NCBI GenBank assembly: GCA_963773065.1
Contig: CAVYZN010000011.1
Span: forward strand, 160,001-224,000
Source of the DNA: an uncultured Gammaproteobacteria bacterium
Lineage (GTDB): Bacteria; Pseudomonadota; Gammaproteobacteria; UBA9214
DNA length: 64,000 bases
Direction: 5' to 3'
Of the stretch, positions 36,048-49,705 are shown one piece after another; positions within the stretch are counted from its first letter, which is position 1, and each line of letters begins with the position of its first letter. A model generated the notes under the pieces. That model saw only the letters and a program-made list of their open reading frames with translations. It had not been told where the DNA came from and searched no databases. The position numbers were made by a program, and so were the translations under genes.

Positions 36048-36986
36048 TTGGCCGCCAGGCAAAAGAACACGGCACCGGGCCCTGCCGGCATTAATGAGGC
36101 GACGCGCCAGGCCATCGAGCAGTTCCTCGACGTCCTGTGGATGGAGCGTGGGTTGAGCGAGAACACCCTGGCGGCCTATCGCAACGACCTCAACGGGTTC
36201 TCTGCCTGGCTGGCGGCCCGTGGTTGCGCCATCGTGGCGGCACGCCGGGAGGATCTTCTGGATTACCTGTCGGAACGCGTGGTCAATGGCGCCAGGCCGC
36301 GGACCACGGCGCGGCTGTTGTCCTCCCTGCGCCGCTTCTATCGTTATCTCATTCGTGACGGCAGGCTCACCGACGATCCCAGTGTCCGCATCGATACCCC
36401 GCGTATCGGCCGGTCCCTGCCGGATTCCCTGAGCGAGGAGGAAGTCGAGGCGCTGCTAGGCGCGCCGGATGTCGGCGCGGCGCTGGGCCTGCGCGATCGC
36501 GCCATGCTGGAACTCCTCTATGCCTGCGGCCTGCGTGTCTCGGAACTGGTCAATGTGACCACGGAGCAGATCAATATCACCCAGGGTGTCATGCGCGTGG
36601 TGGGCAAGGGCAACAAGGAGCGCCTGATTCCCCTGGGCGAGGAGGCCGCGGACTGGCTGCAGCGTTACGCCGCCGAGAGCCGGCCGGAACTGGCCGGCGG
36701 GATCAGCGCCAGGCAGTTGTTCATCACCCGCCGCGGCCGGGCCATGACGCGCCAGGCGTTTTGGTACCGCCTGCGTCACTATGCCGTAATATCCGGGATT
36801 AACAAGGCGTTGTCCCCGCATACCCTGCGACACGCCTTCGCCACGCACCTGCTCAACCACGGCGCGGATCTGCGTGTGGTGCAAATGCTGCTCGGTCATA
36901 GTGACCTGTCGACCACGCAGATATATACTCATGTGGCGCGCGAACGCCTGAAGGAATTGCACGCCCGGCATCATCCGCGCGGTTGA
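36048..36986 (+). CDS. xerD: Tyrosine recombinase XerD
   Basis: GLRVSEL, GKGNKER, HTLRHAFATHLLNHGADLR, LGHSDLSTTQIYTHV; xerD-dsbC synteny. Confidence 0.96.
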   Translation: MAARQKNTAPGPAGINEATRQAIEQFLDVLWMERGLSENTLAAYRNDLNGFSAWLAARGCAIVAARREDLLDYLSERVVNGARPRTTARLLSSLRRFYRYLIRDGRLTDDPSVRIDTPRIGRSLPDSLSEEEVEALLGAPDVGAALGLRDRAMLELLYACGLRVSELVNVTTEQINITQGVMRVVGKGNKERLIPLGEEAADWLQRYAAESRPELAGGISARQLFITRRGRAMTRQAFWYRLRHYAVISGINKALSPHTLRHAFATHLLNHGADLRVVQMLLGHSDLSTTQIYTHVARERLKELHARHHPRG

Positions 36987-37093
36987 GAGGTCAGCTTCTT
37001 GCGCGAGTGCGGATAGCGCCGATTAATGGCATGAACTTCTCCGGTAGATCGGCTGTCGAACCGGAACCGAATCTAACAGGATCAAGTGGTTTT

Positions 37094-37822
37094 ATGATGA
37101 ATACACGACTGGTCAAGACTGGCCTGCTGGCGCTGGCAATGGCGGTAATGAATGCGGCGCAGGCCGAACCCGGCAGTCATGAGGCGATCGAGGCCTCGCT
37201 CAAGCAGGTGCTGCCGGACATGAAAACGGACCAGATCCGACCATCCCCGATCGACGGGATTTCCGAGGTGCAGGTCGGACCGCGCCTGTTTTACGTGACC
37301 AACGATGGCAAGTACCTGCTGCAGGGCAGCCTGATCGACCTGCATACCCGGCAGGACATCAGCGAGAACCGCCGCAAGACCTTCCGCCTGGACGCAATCA
37401 ACGCCATCGGCGAGCAGAACATGATCATCTTCCCGGCGAAAAACCCGCGCCATACGATCACCGTGTTTACCGATGTGGATTGCACCTATTGCCGCAAGCT
37501 GCACAAGGAAATCAACCGCTACAACGACCTCGGTATTACCGTGCGCTACCTCCTGTACCCGCGTTCCGGCGTGAATACGCCGTCTTACTACAAGGCGGTC
37601 ACCGTCTGGTGCAACGAGAATCGCCAGGATGCCTTAACCCGCGCCAAGGCGGGTGAAGAGCTCAAGCCGCGCGAGTGTGCAAACCCCGTCATGGCCCTGA
37701 TGGAACTGGGCCAGTCGATGGATCTGCAGGGCACGCCCGCGATAGTCACGGATGGCGGTGAAATGCTGCCGGGTTATGTGCCGCCCGACAGCCTTGCAAA
37801 GGCGCTCGATGCGACCATGTAA
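37094..37822 (+). CDS. dsbC: Thiol:disulfide isomerase DsbC
   Basis: Signal peptide, VFTDVDCTYCRKLH, GTPA. Confidence 0.9.
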   Translation: MMNTRLVKTGLLALAMAVMNAAQAEPGSHEAIEASLKQVLPDMKTDQIRPSPIDGISEVQVGPRLFYVTNDGKYLLQGSLIDLHTRQDISENRRKTFRLDAINAIGEQNMIIFPAKNPRHTITVFTDVDCTYCRKLHKEINRYNDLGITVRYLLYPRSGVNTPSYYKAVTVWCNENRQDALTRAKAGEELKPRECANPVMALMELGQSMDLQGTPAIVTDGGEMLPGYVPPDSLAKALDATM

Positions 37823-37843
37823 GCCGCCGGTGCCGCGGGCGCT

Positions 37844-38708
37844 TCAATGCATCGCCGTAAACAGCTTGCGGCGGTAGGTCTTTACCAGCTCGTCTTCGTC
37901 TCCCAGCAGCTCGAACACCGCCAGCAGTCCTTTGCGGCCGGCATCATCGTTGAATGAGCGGTCGTTCTGAATGAGGTACAGCAATTCGTCCATGGCCGCC
38001 TGCAGCCTGCCGGATAAGCACATAGCGCGCCGCCAGCGCGTAACGGGCCGGGCTATCCCCCGGCTGCTTCCTGACTTGTTGTTCGAGTTCCGCGATCGGC
38101 GCGGCATCCTGCGCAACCCGGGCGAAGTCCAGCAAGGCGCGCAGCCGGCGCGCCTCCGTTCCCTCACGGATCTCCCGGGGCAGGGCATCCAGCAGGGATT
38201 CCACCTCCGCGAGTCGCCCCGCCTCGAGACTCAAGCCGGCGCGTGCAAGCGGCACGCGGTAATTTTCCGGATCGGCTGCCTGTGCCTCGCGCAGCATGGC
38301 GAGCGCCTCGTCGGTACGGCCTTGCCGGTGGACATCCAATGCCGCGAGTCGCAGCGTGTCCGAGGCGCGCACGATGTAAGGATCCAGCAGGGTGCGCAGC
38401 GTTGACTCGGTCTGAGCGCCGAGTATCTCCTCGACCACGCGACCGTCCTTGTACAGGCGCATGGTGGGCAGGCTGCGGATGCCATGTTCCTGCGCCAGCC
38501 GGCGCTCCGTGTCGGTATTCACCTTGGCGAGCAGGAATTTCCCCGCGTGCTCCCCGACCAGTTTGACCAGCACCGGCATCTGCATATGACAGGGTCCGCA
38601 CCAGTCGGCCCAGAAATCAACCAGCACCGGCACCGTGTGCGACGCCTCGATGACCTGCTTCTGGAACGTGTCCCGGGTGACAGTGTGGATGTAGGGGGTA
38701 TCGTTCAT
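37844..38708 (-). CDS. Thioredoxin-TPR co-chaperone (YbbN/CnoX family); frameshift near 38010
   Basis: VDFWADWCGPC, TPR helices, C-terminal ..LVKTYRRKLFTAMH. Confidence 0.88.
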
Positions 38709-38787
38709 GACTGTCTGATACGTGTCCTTATTGCGGATGCCGGCGGATTACCTGCGATCGAAAACCCGGCTTCCCGGTGACGCGGGA

Positions 38788-39111
38788 TCAGCGTTCCAGA
38801 TACTGCAGCTTGTCCGGAACATCCTTCCATTCCTCGGAATCGGGCGGCGGGTCCTTTTTCTGGGTGATCACCGGCCATTGCCTGGCCAGTTCGGCATTGA
38901 GCGCCAGGAACTGTTCCTGGCCGGCGGGCAGGTCATCCTCGGCGAAGATGGCGTTGATCGGGCATTCCGGTTCACACAGTGTGCAGTCGATGCACTCGTC
39001 CGGGTCGATGACGAGGAAGTTGGGGCCTTCGTGGAAACAGTCGACCGGGCAGACTTCAACACAGTCCGTGTATTTGCACTTGATACAACTCTCAACGACG
39101 ACAAATGTCAT
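38788..39111 (-). CDS. fdxA: 7Fe ferredoxin (FdxA type)
   Basis: [31 protein letters not shown]. Confidence 0.95.
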   Translation of the reverse strand: MTFVVVESCIKCKYTDCVEVCPVDCFHEGPNFLVIDPDECIDCTLCEPECPINAIFAEDDLPAGQEQFLALNAELARQWPVITQKKDPPPDSEEWKDVPDKLQYLER

Positions 39112-39389
39112 GGGGTTCTCCTAAGTCGGTGCTTCTTTCGGCGGTTTCGCATGGCGGATCAGTTAGGCCGGAATCTTAACAAAGCTATCTGTTCGGCAGG
39201 TATTTTAGTTTGCTCCAGGTAATTCAGCGCGCTGTTTTCCCTGCCACTGCCAGGCGTTTCCTCAGAAAATGGCGGGATTATATATCGCTGCAATCCGGTT
39301 TTTCTTCCCGCCCGCGGATGGCCGGGGGAGTGTAGTCACGGGGTACGCGGCACGGCCGTCGAGTAACTAACCCTCCTTGGGCGGCGCCG

Positions 39390-41993
39390 TTAACTGTCGA
39401 GCTTCTGTTGTAACAATTCTTTCAAGCTATAGAGCAACTGGTGGGCCTGCCGCGGCGTCAGGTGGTCCGGGCTGATGCCTTCCAGGGCTTCGAGCACGGG
39501 GTGCTCTGTCGCATCGAACAACCCCGGCTGCGGCCTGGGACGGTGATCCACGACGGCGTTCCGGTCGCTGGATTCCAGTTCCTGCAGCCGCTGCCTGGCC
39601 TGCTCGATGACCGTTTGCGGCACTCCGGCCAGCGCCGCCACATGCAGGCCGTAACTGCGATCCGCCGCGCCTTCCCTGACGGCGTGCAGAAACACAATCC
39701 GGTCGTCATGCTCGATGGCATCGAGGTGCACGTTGACGATGCCTTCATTAGCCTCCGGCAATACCGTCAGTTCGAAATAATGCGTGGCGAACAGGGTGTA
39801 GGCCCGGATGCGGGTGGCCAGGTCGATCGCGCAGGCCCAGGCCAGCGCCAGGCCGTCATAGGTGCTGGTGCCGCGCCCGATTTCATCCATCAGGATCAGG
39901 CTGTGCTCGGTGGCATTATGCAGGATGTTCGCCGTTTCGGTCATCTCGACCATGAAGGTGGAGCGTCCGCCGGCCAGATCATCCGAGGCGCCGATGCGGG
40001 TGAAAATGCGATCCACCGGACCGATGACGGCCGTATCGGCCGGTACATAACAGCCGATATGCGCCAGCAACACGATCAGCGCCGTCTGGCGCATGTAGGT
40101 GGATTTGCCGCCCATGTTGGGGCCGGTGATGATAAGCATGCGCCGCCTGGCGTTCAGCCTGACATCATTCGGGATGAAGGGCTCGTCCAGCATCCGCTCC
40201 ACCACCGGGTGGCGACCGCCGGTGATGGTAATGCCGGGCCGCTCATCCAGAACCGGGCAGGCGAGGTTCAGCGTGAGGCTGCGTTCCGCGAAGGTGGCCA
40301 GGGTGTCGAGTTCGGCGAGGGCCTCGGCACAGCGCCCCAGGGGTTCGAGGTAAGCTGCGAGGGTTTCCAGCAGGTCGTTGTAGAGGGTCTTTTCCAGTGA
40401 CAGGGCGCGTTCGCGCGCGCTCAGCACTCTGTCCTCATGGGTCTTGAGTTCCGGCGTGATATAGCGCTCGACGCCCTTGAGTGTCTGGCGGCGCTGGTAA
40501 TCGACCGGGACCTTGGCGACCTGCGAGCGGCTCACCTCGATATAGTAGCCGTGGACGCGATTGTAGCTGATCTTGAGATTGGTGATGCCCGTGCGTTCAC
40601 GCTCGCGGGTCTCCAGGTCAAACAGGTACTGGTCGCCATGTTCGCTCAGGTCGCGCAATTCATCGAGTGTGGCGTCATAGCCTGCGGCCAGCACGCCGCC
40701 ATCACGAATCAGCACGGGCGGTGTGGCGACGATCGCGGCATGCAACAGATCGTGGACCTCGGGGTGGAGGCCGATCCGCTCCGCCAGGTCGCTGAGCAGG
40801 GGATCGGTGCCGCCTGCCACACTTTCCTGCACGGCGGGCAACTGCCGCAGGCTGTCGCGCAGGGCGGCGAGGTCACGGGGTCTGGCCGATTTCAGCGCCA
40901 CGCGCGCCAGGATTCGCTCGATGTCGGCGATGCCGTGCAGGATGTCATGCAGGGCCTCGAACCGGCGGTTCTCGATCAATTGCCCAACGCACTGGTGGCG
41001 CCGGCGCAGCACCGCGGGGTCGCGCAACGGGCGGTGCAGCCAGCGTCGCAGCTGCCGGCTGCCCATGCTGGTCGCGGTCGTGTCGAGGACGGCCGCCAGG
41101 GTGTGGGCGCTTGCCCCCGTCACCGAATGTTCCAGTTCCAGGTTGCGCCGGGTGGCGGCATCCATCACCAGAGTGCTGCCGCGATCCTCAACGCGCAGGC
41201 CGCGCAAGTGCGGCAGGGCGGTGCGCTGTGTGTTGCGCACGTATTGCAACAGGCAGCCCGCGGCGCCGATGGCGCACCCGAGCGCTTCGCACCCGAAGCC
41301 TGACAGGTCCCGGGTCCCGAACTGCTCGTTCAATTGACGCCGTGAACTCTCCGGATCAAACAGCCAGGGCGCCTGCTGGCGCAGGCCGGGTCTGTTTTTC
41401 ATGGCCGCGGGCAGGCGGATGGCCTCGTTGACAAGGAGTTCGGCGGGCCGCAGCCGTTCCAGTTCGCCCAGCAGGGCCTCGTCACCGCTGAATTCCTGCA
41501 CGCTGAAGCGTGCGCCGGCAAGGTCGAGGATGGCCAGTCCCCAAACCTTACCCGCCTGGTTCAGCGCGACCATGAGATTGTCCTGGCGTTCATTCAGCAG
41601 GGCCTCGTCCGTGACCGTTCCCGGCGTCACGATGCGCACCACCCGGCGTTCCACCGGCCCCTTGCCGGCGCCGACATCCCCGATCTGTTCGCAGATGGCA
41701 ACCGACTCTCCCTGGCGCACCAGCCGTCCCAGGTATTGCTCGGCGGCATGGACCGGCACCCCCGCCATGGGGATGGGTTCACCGGCCGAGTGCCCGCGCG
41801 CCGTCAGGGTGATATCGAGCAGCCGGGCGGCGCGCCGGGCGTCGTCATAGAAGAGTTCGTAGAAGTCACCCATGCGGTAAAACAGCAGGATATCCGGATG
41901 TTCGGATTTGATGCTCAGGTACTGCTGCATCATCGGGGTATGGCTGGGGGCATTGCCGGTCATGGTGGGCAAGTCTACCGCATCAGTGGCCAT
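39390..41993 (-). CDS. mutS: DNA mismatch repair protein MutS
   Basis: [35 protein letters not shown]. Confidence 0.98.
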   Translation of the reverse strand: MATDAVDLPTMTGNAPSHTPMMQQYLSIKSEHPDILLFYRMGDFYELFYDDARRAARLLDITLTARGHSAGEPIPMAGVPVHAAEQYLGRLVRQGESVAICEQIGDVGAGKGPVERRVVRIVTPGTVTDEALLNERQDNLMVALNQAGKVWGLAILDLAGARFSVQEFSGDEALLGELERLRPAELLVNEAIRLPAAMKNRPGLRQQAPWLFDPESSRRQLNEQFGTRDLSGFGCEALGCAIGAAGCLLQYVRNTQRTALPHLRGLRVEDRGSTLVMDAATRRNLELEHSVTGASAHTLAAVLDTTATSMGSRQLRRWLHRPLRDPAVLRRRHQCVGQLIENRRFEALHDILHGIADIERILARVALKSARPRDLAALRDSLRQLPAVQESVAGGTDPLLSDLAERIGLHPEVHDLLHAAIVATPPVLIRDGGVLAAGYDATLDELRDLSEHGDQYLFDLETRERERTGITNLKISYNRVHGYYIEVSRSQVAKVPVDYQRRQTLKGVERYITPELKTHEDRVLSARERALSLEKTLYNDLLETLAAYLEPLGRCAEALAELDTLATFAERSLTLNLACPVLDERPGITITGGRHPVVERMLDEPFIPNDVRLNARRRMLIITGPNMGGKSTYMRQTALIVLLAHIGCYVPADTAVIGPVDRIFTRIGASDDLAGGRSTFMVEMTETANILHNATEHSLILMDEIGRGTSTYDGLALAWACAIDLATRIRAYTLFATHYFELTVLPEANEGIVNVHLDAIEHDDRIVFLHAVREGAADRSYGLHVAALAGVPQTVIEQARQRLQELESSDRNAVVDHRPRPQPGLFDATEHPVLEALEGISPDHLTPRQAHQLLYSLKELLQQKLDS

Positions 41994-42076
41994 TTGCGCA
42001 GTTTGACGCAGCGCCCGCTGCTATACAGAATGCTAATTGATGCGGAGAAGAATCCCTAATTGCCGAGGCAGGCGCT

Positions 42077-42565
42077 GTGCGTGATTTGAATGAATTGGCC
42101 GCCAGGGTGGGTGGTTTGCTGCTTGAGCAGAACCGGATGCTGGCGACGGCCGAATCCTGCACAGGCGGCTGGGTGGCCAAGTGTATCACCGACATCGCCG
42201 GCAGCTCCCAATGGTTTGATCGCGGTTTCGTGACCTACAGCAATCGCGCCAAGCAGGACATGCTGGGCGTGGCGGCGGCGACGCTGCAGGCGCAAGGTGC
42301 GGTGAGCGAGGCGACGGTCATCGAGATGGCGCGGGGTGCGCTGGCACGCAGCGCGGCGGCCATCGCCGTCGCCGTCAGCGGCATTGCCGGACCCGGCGGC
42401 GACGTGCCGGGGAAACCCGTCGGCACGGTGTGTTTCGCCTGGGCCGTGTCTGGCGCTTCACCGCGTGTGGAGACGCGGCATTTTGACGGTGACCGGGAGG
42501 CGATTCGCCACCAATCGGTCGCCCGTGCCCTCGAAGGGGTGCTGGATGTGCTCGCAGCCGGCTGA
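42077..42565 (+). CDS. pncC: CinA C-terminal / NMN deamidase PncC
   Basis: AESCTGG, GFVTYSN, GAVS, SGIAGP. Confidence 0.9.
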   Translation: MRDLNELAARVGGLLLEQNRMLATAESCTGGWVAKCITDIAGSSQWFDRGFVTYSNRAKQDMLGVAAATLQAQGAVSEATVIEMARGALARSAAAIAVAVSGIAGPGGDVPGKPVGTVCFAWAVSGASPRVETRHFDGDREAIRHQSVARALEGVLDVLAAG

Positions 42566-43086
42566 AGCAACTCGACGGCTGTTCTTTGCGTTGTGGCCAG
42601 ACGCGGAAATCCGCGCGGCGCTTGATGCCCTCGCGCGGCGGCAGATTCACAAACAGGCCAAACGGGTCGCGGCCGACAATCTGCATATCACGATTGCATT
42701 TCCCGGCGCGGTGACGGCCCACGTGCAGGAGTGCCTGGAAACGGCCGCCGGCAAGCTCAAGGGTGCGCCATTCGAGCTGGCCATCGACCGACTGGGCTAC
42801 TGGCCGGTTCCGCGCATCCTCTGGGCGGCGCCCTCGCATACCCCGCCCGAATTGTTGGCTTTGACCGCCGCACTGCGGGAGGTGTCTGGAGGCGTGCGGG
42901 CTGATGCCTGAAAACCGTCCCTACCAGGCGCATATCACCCTGGCGCGCAAGGCCGGCCGGGCATTGACCGTCACCTCGGTTGCGCCGATCCGCTGGTCAA
43001 TCAGACATTTCTGTCTGGTTGAGTCGGTCAGTGAACCCGCGGGCGTCAGATATCAGGTGCTTCGCTTCTGGCCGCTAGAGGGCTAG
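42546..43086 (+). CDS. thpR: RNA 2',3'-cyclic phosphodiesterase (2H family); frameshift near 42890
   Basis: RLFFALWP; two HxT motifs (LHITI, AHITLAR). Confidence 0.88.
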
Positions 43087-43176
43087 TTGCTTCTGTGGGA
43101 TAATCCCCGCCTCATCAAGAGAGGCGGGTGGCGGGACAGGGACTGTCGCGCCACGAACCACCGTTGGAGGAGCTAA

Positions 43177-44211
43177 ATGGAAGAGAACAAACGCAAGGCC
43201 TTGAACGCGGCGCTGAGCCAGATTGAAAAGCAGTTTGGCAAGGGAGCCGTCATGCGCATGGGGGATGTCCCCGCCGTGCGCGATGTCGATATTATTTCTA
43301 CCGGATCGCTGGGACTGGATCTGGCGCTGGGCATTGGCGGACTGCCGCGCGGTCGCGTCATCGAGATCTACGGACCGGAATCCTCCGGCAAAACCACGCT
43401 TACCCTGCAAGTCATCGCCGAGGCGCAGAAGATGGGCGGGACGGCGGCGTTCGTCGATGCCGAACACGCGCTCGATCCCCTCTATGCCGAAAAGCTGGGC
43501 GTCGACGTCGACGAGCTGCTGGTTTCCCAGCCCGACACCGGCGAACAGGCGCTCGAAATCACCGACATGCTGGTGCGCTCCGGTTCGGTGGATGTCGTCG
43601 TCGTCGACTCCGTGGCGGCGCTCACGCCCAAGGCCGAGATCGAGGGCGACATGGGCGATTCCCACATGGGCCTGCAGGCCCGCCTCATGTCGCAGGCGCT
43701 GCGCAAACTCACCGCCAACATCAAGCGCTCGAACACCATGGTGATCTTCATCAACCAGATCCGCATGAAGATCGGCGTCATGTTCGGCAACCCCGAAACC
43801 ACCACCGGCGGCAACGCCCTCAAGTTTTACGCCTCGGTGCGCATGGATATCCGCCGCATCGGCGCGATCAAGAAGGGGGAGGAAATCATCGGCAACGAGA
43901 CCCGGGTCAAGGTGGTCAAGAACAAGGTGGCGCCCCCCTTCAAGCAGGCGGAATTCCAGATTCTCTATGGCGAGGGGATTTCCCGCGAGGGCGAGATCAT
44001 CGACCTGGGCGTCAGTCACGGTTATATCGAGAAATCCGGCGCCTGGTACAGCTATAACGGCGAGCGCATCGGGCAGGGCAAGGACAATGTGCGCGAGTTC
44101 TTGAAGCAGAATCCGGGCATCGCCGCCGAGATCGAGGGCCGGGTACGCACCGAGCTGCTGGGGAAGGCTCCTACCGCCGTGACCGAGGAGGTAGCCGAAG
44201 CTGAAGCCTGA
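43177..44211 (+). CDS. recA: Recombinase RecA
   Basis: [25 protein letters not shown]. Confidence 0.99.
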   Translation: MEENKRKALNAALSQIEKQFGKGAVMRMGDVPAVRDVDIISTGSLGLDLALGIGGLPRGRVIEIYGPESSGKTTLTLQVIAEAQKMGGTAAFVDAEHALDPLYAEKLGVDVDELLVSQPDTGEQALEITDMLVRSGSVDVVVVDSVAALTPKAEIEGDMGDSHMGLQARLMSQALRKLTANIKRSNTMVIFINQIRMKIGVMFGNPETTTGGNALKFYASVRMDIRRIGAIKKGEEIIGNETRVKVVKNKVAPPFKQAEFQILYGEGISREGEIIDLGVSHGYIEKSGAWYSYNGERIGQGKDNVREFLKQNPGIAAEIEGRVRTELLGKAPTAVTEEVAEAEA

Positions 44212-44662
44212 ACGAGACGGCGTCGCCGTTGAGGCAAGAAAAACGGCGCTTGACCTGCTCTCGCGCCGCGAACACAGCGAGCGGGAGCTGGTGCAAAAAC
44301 TTTCATCCCGAGGCATCGGAACGGGGGTGGTCGAGGCAACCATCGCCGCTCTGGTCGCGGAGGGGCTGCTCAGCAACGCCCGCTATGCCGAGTCGTTCAT
44401 TCATTCCCGTTTTCAGCGCGGCCAGGGACCGCAGAAGATCCGGGCGGAACTGCGTGAACACGGCATCGACGACGATCTGATCGGTGCCTGCCTGGCTGAA
44501 TACGACGCGCGTTGGCAGGAACGGCTCGAGCAGGTGCGGTTGAAAAGGTTCGGTCCGGCGCCACCTGGCAACTTCACGGAGCGCAGCCGCCAGATGCGCT
44601 TTCTCCTGCAACGCGGCTTCACGGCAGAACAGATCGCGGCGGTGTTTCGCGAGCGCGATTGA
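44201..44662 (+). CDS. recX: Regulatory protein RecX (probable CTG start)
   Basis: In-frame [11 protein letters not shown] upstream of ORF 44291; GPQKIRAEL; RFLLQRGF. Confidence 0.9.
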   Translation: MKPERDGVAVEARKTALDLLSRREHSERELVQKLSSRGIGTGVVEATIAALVAEGLLSNARYAESFIHSRFQRGQGPQKIRAELREHGIDDDLIGACLAEYDARWQERLEQVRLKRFGPAPPGNFTERSRQMRFLLQRGFTAEQIAAVFRERD

Positions 44663-44867
44663 TCGGTGTCCATGCCGGTTCAGGGCGGGGTGCGCACGGA
44701 CCGCCGTACCTGCACTTCCCATCACCGGCTCCCAGGCAAGGCGTGATGACCTGAAATCTCGCGCCGACGCTCGAAAGGTGTTCCAATCCCCCCCCAAACC
44801 CTTGATAATAAAGCCGGAGGATTTCCACTCCATGACCGGATGACCGGGTTACAAGGATACTTGCCGG

Positions 44868-47474
<2,607 letters not shown>

Positions 47475-47574
47475 TGGTGCTTTAAACCGTCGCCATTCTA
47501 TAGTTTAATCCGCAATCTTTTGCGCTTAATGCCCTGCGGCGCCTGACCGCCGGGCGGGGTTATATAAATCGGAT

Positions 47575-48804
47575 ATGGCACTGATTGTTCAAAAATACGG
47601 CGGGACCTCGGTGGGCAGCCCGGAACGCATCGGGAAGGTGGCTGACAAAGTTATCGGCTCGCGCAGCCGGGGTAACGATGTGGTGGTGGTGGTTTCCGCG
47701 ATGAGCGGGGAGACGGACCGCTTGATCAATCTGGCACGGGATATCACCGAGCAGCCTTCGCCGCGTGAATTGGATGTGCTGCTGGCAACTGGCGAGCAGG
47801 TCACCATCGCACTGCTCAGCATGGCGCTGGAGAAGCGAGACTGCAGCGCGCGTTCTTATACCGGCACTCAGGTGCATATCCGCACGGACAGCGCCCATAA
47901 CAAGGCGCGTATACGTAATATCGAGGACAAGCATATCCGCGCGGATCTGGCGCAGGGCAAGGTAGTGGTTGTGGCGGGTTTCCAGGGTGTGGACGAAGAC
48001 GGCAACATCACCACCCTCGGGCGCGGCGGTTCCGATACCACGGCCGTGGCGTTGGCCGCGGCGCTGAAGGCGGACGAATGCCAAATCTACACCGACGTGG
48101 ACGGCGTCTATACCACCGATCCGCGCGTGGTGCCGGAGGCGCGTCGCCTGGACCGGATTACCTTCGAGGAAATGCTGGAGATGGCCAGTCTCGGTTCCAA
48201 GGTCCTGCAAATCCGCTCGGTCAGTTTTGCCGGCCGTTACAATGTGCCGCTGCGTGTACTGTCGAGCTTCGAGGAAGGCGAGGGTACGCTCATTACCTAT
48301 GAGGATGAAAACATGGAACAGGCATTGATCTCAGGCATTGCCTTCAATCGTGACGAGGCCAAGCTGACCATTCTGGGCGTGCCGGACAAACCCGGTGTCG
48401 CCTACCAGATCCTGGGTCCGATTGCCGATGCCAACATCGAAGTGGACATGATCGTGCAGAACATCGCACCGGACGGGGCGACAACAGACTTTACCTTTAC
48501 CGTGCACCGCAATGATTTCAAGAAGGCACTGGCAATACTCGATGGAACGGCTAAAGAGCTGGGCGCGCGTGAAGTCTCGGGTGATAACAAGATTGTGAAG
48601 ATTTCCCTGGTCGGGGTCGGCATGCGCTCGCATGCCGGCATTGCCTCGACCATGTTCGCGGCACTGGCCAAGGAAGGGGTGAACATCCGCATGATCTCCA
48701 CCTCGGAGATCAAGATTTCAGTGGTGGTGGATGAAAAATACCTTGAGCTGGGTGTGCGCACACTGCACGACGCCTTCAATCTGGCGCGTCCGCAAGATGA
48801 TTAG
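47575..48804 (+). CDS. lysC: Aspartate kinase
   Basis: VQKYGGTSV, TLGRGGSDTTA, two ACT domains. Confidence 0.95.
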   Translation: MALIVQKYGGTSVGSPERIGKVADKVIGSRSRGNDVVVVVSAMSGETDRLINLARDITEQPSPRELDVLLATGEQVTIALLSMALEKRDCSARSYTGTQVHIRTDSAHNKARIRNIEDKHIRADLAQGKVVVVAGFQGVDEDGNITTLGRGGSDTTAVALAAALKADECQIYTDVDGVYTTDPRVVPEARRLDRITFEEMLEMASLGSKVLQIRSVSFAGRYNVPLRVLSSFEEGEGTLITYEDENMEQALISGIAFNRDEAKLTILGVPDKPGVAYQILGPIADANIEVDMIVQNIAPDGATTDFTFTVHRNDFKKALAILDGTAKELGAREVSGDNKIVKISLVGVGMRSHAGIASTMFAALAKEGVNIRMISTSEIKISVVVDEKYLELGVRTLHDAFNLARPQDD

Positions 48805-49008
48805 AGTGCATTAAAAAACCCTAATTACAATGCAGTTATCGAGAGCCATTCTCGAATACTATGCTACCCTTCTTATATCATTGATAAAAATAAAGACGGC
48901 GCCTACAGAAATACCGGCATACGCCGAAACTAAAACTAACATGACTGGTCTGGTTAATACGTGTCATGGACTTTGCAGGGATCACAAAGAAACAAGGAGA
49001 TGGAAGCT

Positions 49009-49203
49009 ATGTTGATCTTAACGCGCAGGGTTGGAGAGACCCTGATGATCGGGGATGAAGTGACTGTCACTGTCCTCGGTGTCAAAGGTAACCAGGTCAG
49101 AATCGGTGTTAATGCTCCAAAGAATGTTGCCGTGCACAGGGAAGAAATCTACGACCGGATCAAACAGGAGCAGGTTAAGACTGATGGCACGAATTCCTCC
49201 TGA
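49009..49203 (+). CDS. csrA: Carbon storage regulator CsrA
   Basis: [23 protein letters not shown]. Confidence 0.97.
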   Translation: MLILTRRVGETLMIGDEVTVTVLGVKGNQVRIGVNAPKNVAVHREEIYDRIKQEQVKTDGTNSS

Positions 49204-49308
49204 AATTCTGTACATTTCCAGCCACACACTTTACCTCAAATAACCGCAACGGTATGCTACGCCTCTTGGCAGTGGTGAGCATGGGGCTTTCGGCTGCGAA
49301 ACATTCAT

Positions 49309-49399
49309 GGAGAGGTGGCCGAGAGGCTGAAGGCGCGCCCCTGCTAAGGGCGTATGGGTCAAAAGCCCATCGAGGGTTCGAATCCCTCCCTCTCCGCCA
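49309..49399 (+). tRNA. tRNA-Ser(GCT)
   Basis: GGAGAGGTGGCCGAGAGGCTGAAGGC..CT-GCT-AA..GGTTCGAATCC..CTCTCCGCCA; long variable arm. Confidence 0.97.
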
Positions 49400-49429
49400 A
49401 TCTTTGGGTATAATGCCGTCCCGTTTTAC

Positions 49430-49573
49430 ACGCGCCCGTAGCTTGGCGGCATGAGGCGTGAGTGAATGTCCGGTAGGACATTCGCAGTGCGACGAACGCC
49501 TGGCCAGGACGGCCACGCTTTAAGATGCGCCTGGATGGGTTATCAAGCGACAACAAATTACGCGCCCGTAGCT
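49430..49573 (+). repeat. 14-bp direct repeat of the tRNA-Arg 5' end flanking a 116-bp hairpin-rich insert
   Basis: ACGCGCCCGTAGCT at 49430-49443 and 49560-49573. Confidence 0.75.
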
Positions 49574-49638
49574 CAGTTGGATAGAGTACCTGGCTACGAA
49601 CCAGGTGGTCGGGAGTTCGAATCTCTCCGGGCGCGCCA
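49562..49638 (+). tRNA. tRNA-Arg(ACG)
   Basis: GCGCCCGTAGCTCAGTTGGATAGAGTACCTGGCT-ACG-AACCAGG..GTTCGAATC..GGGCGCGCCA; 77 nt. Confidence 0.98.
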
Positions 49639-49640
49639 TT

Positions 49641-49704
49641 TTTCAATGACTTACAGCTGCCTTGAGCAAGTGGCTGTCCAATAGATACCCGTTTGTCCAA
49701 TAGA
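49641..49704 (+). promoter_or_regulatory. att-arm region: IHF-like site and paired integrase arm-type repeats
   Basis: TTTCAATGACTTA (one mismatch to WATCAAnnnnTTR); TGTCCAATAGA at 49675-49685 and 49694-49704. Confidence 0.6.
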
Positions 49705-49705
49705 A

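Noticed and set aside
36048-36986. xerD as a mobile-element integrase
   Set aside because: Canonical XerD motifs and xerD-dsbC synteny indicate the housekeeping gene
43080-43176. LexA SOS box upstream of recA
   Set aside because: No CTGT-N8-ACAG match
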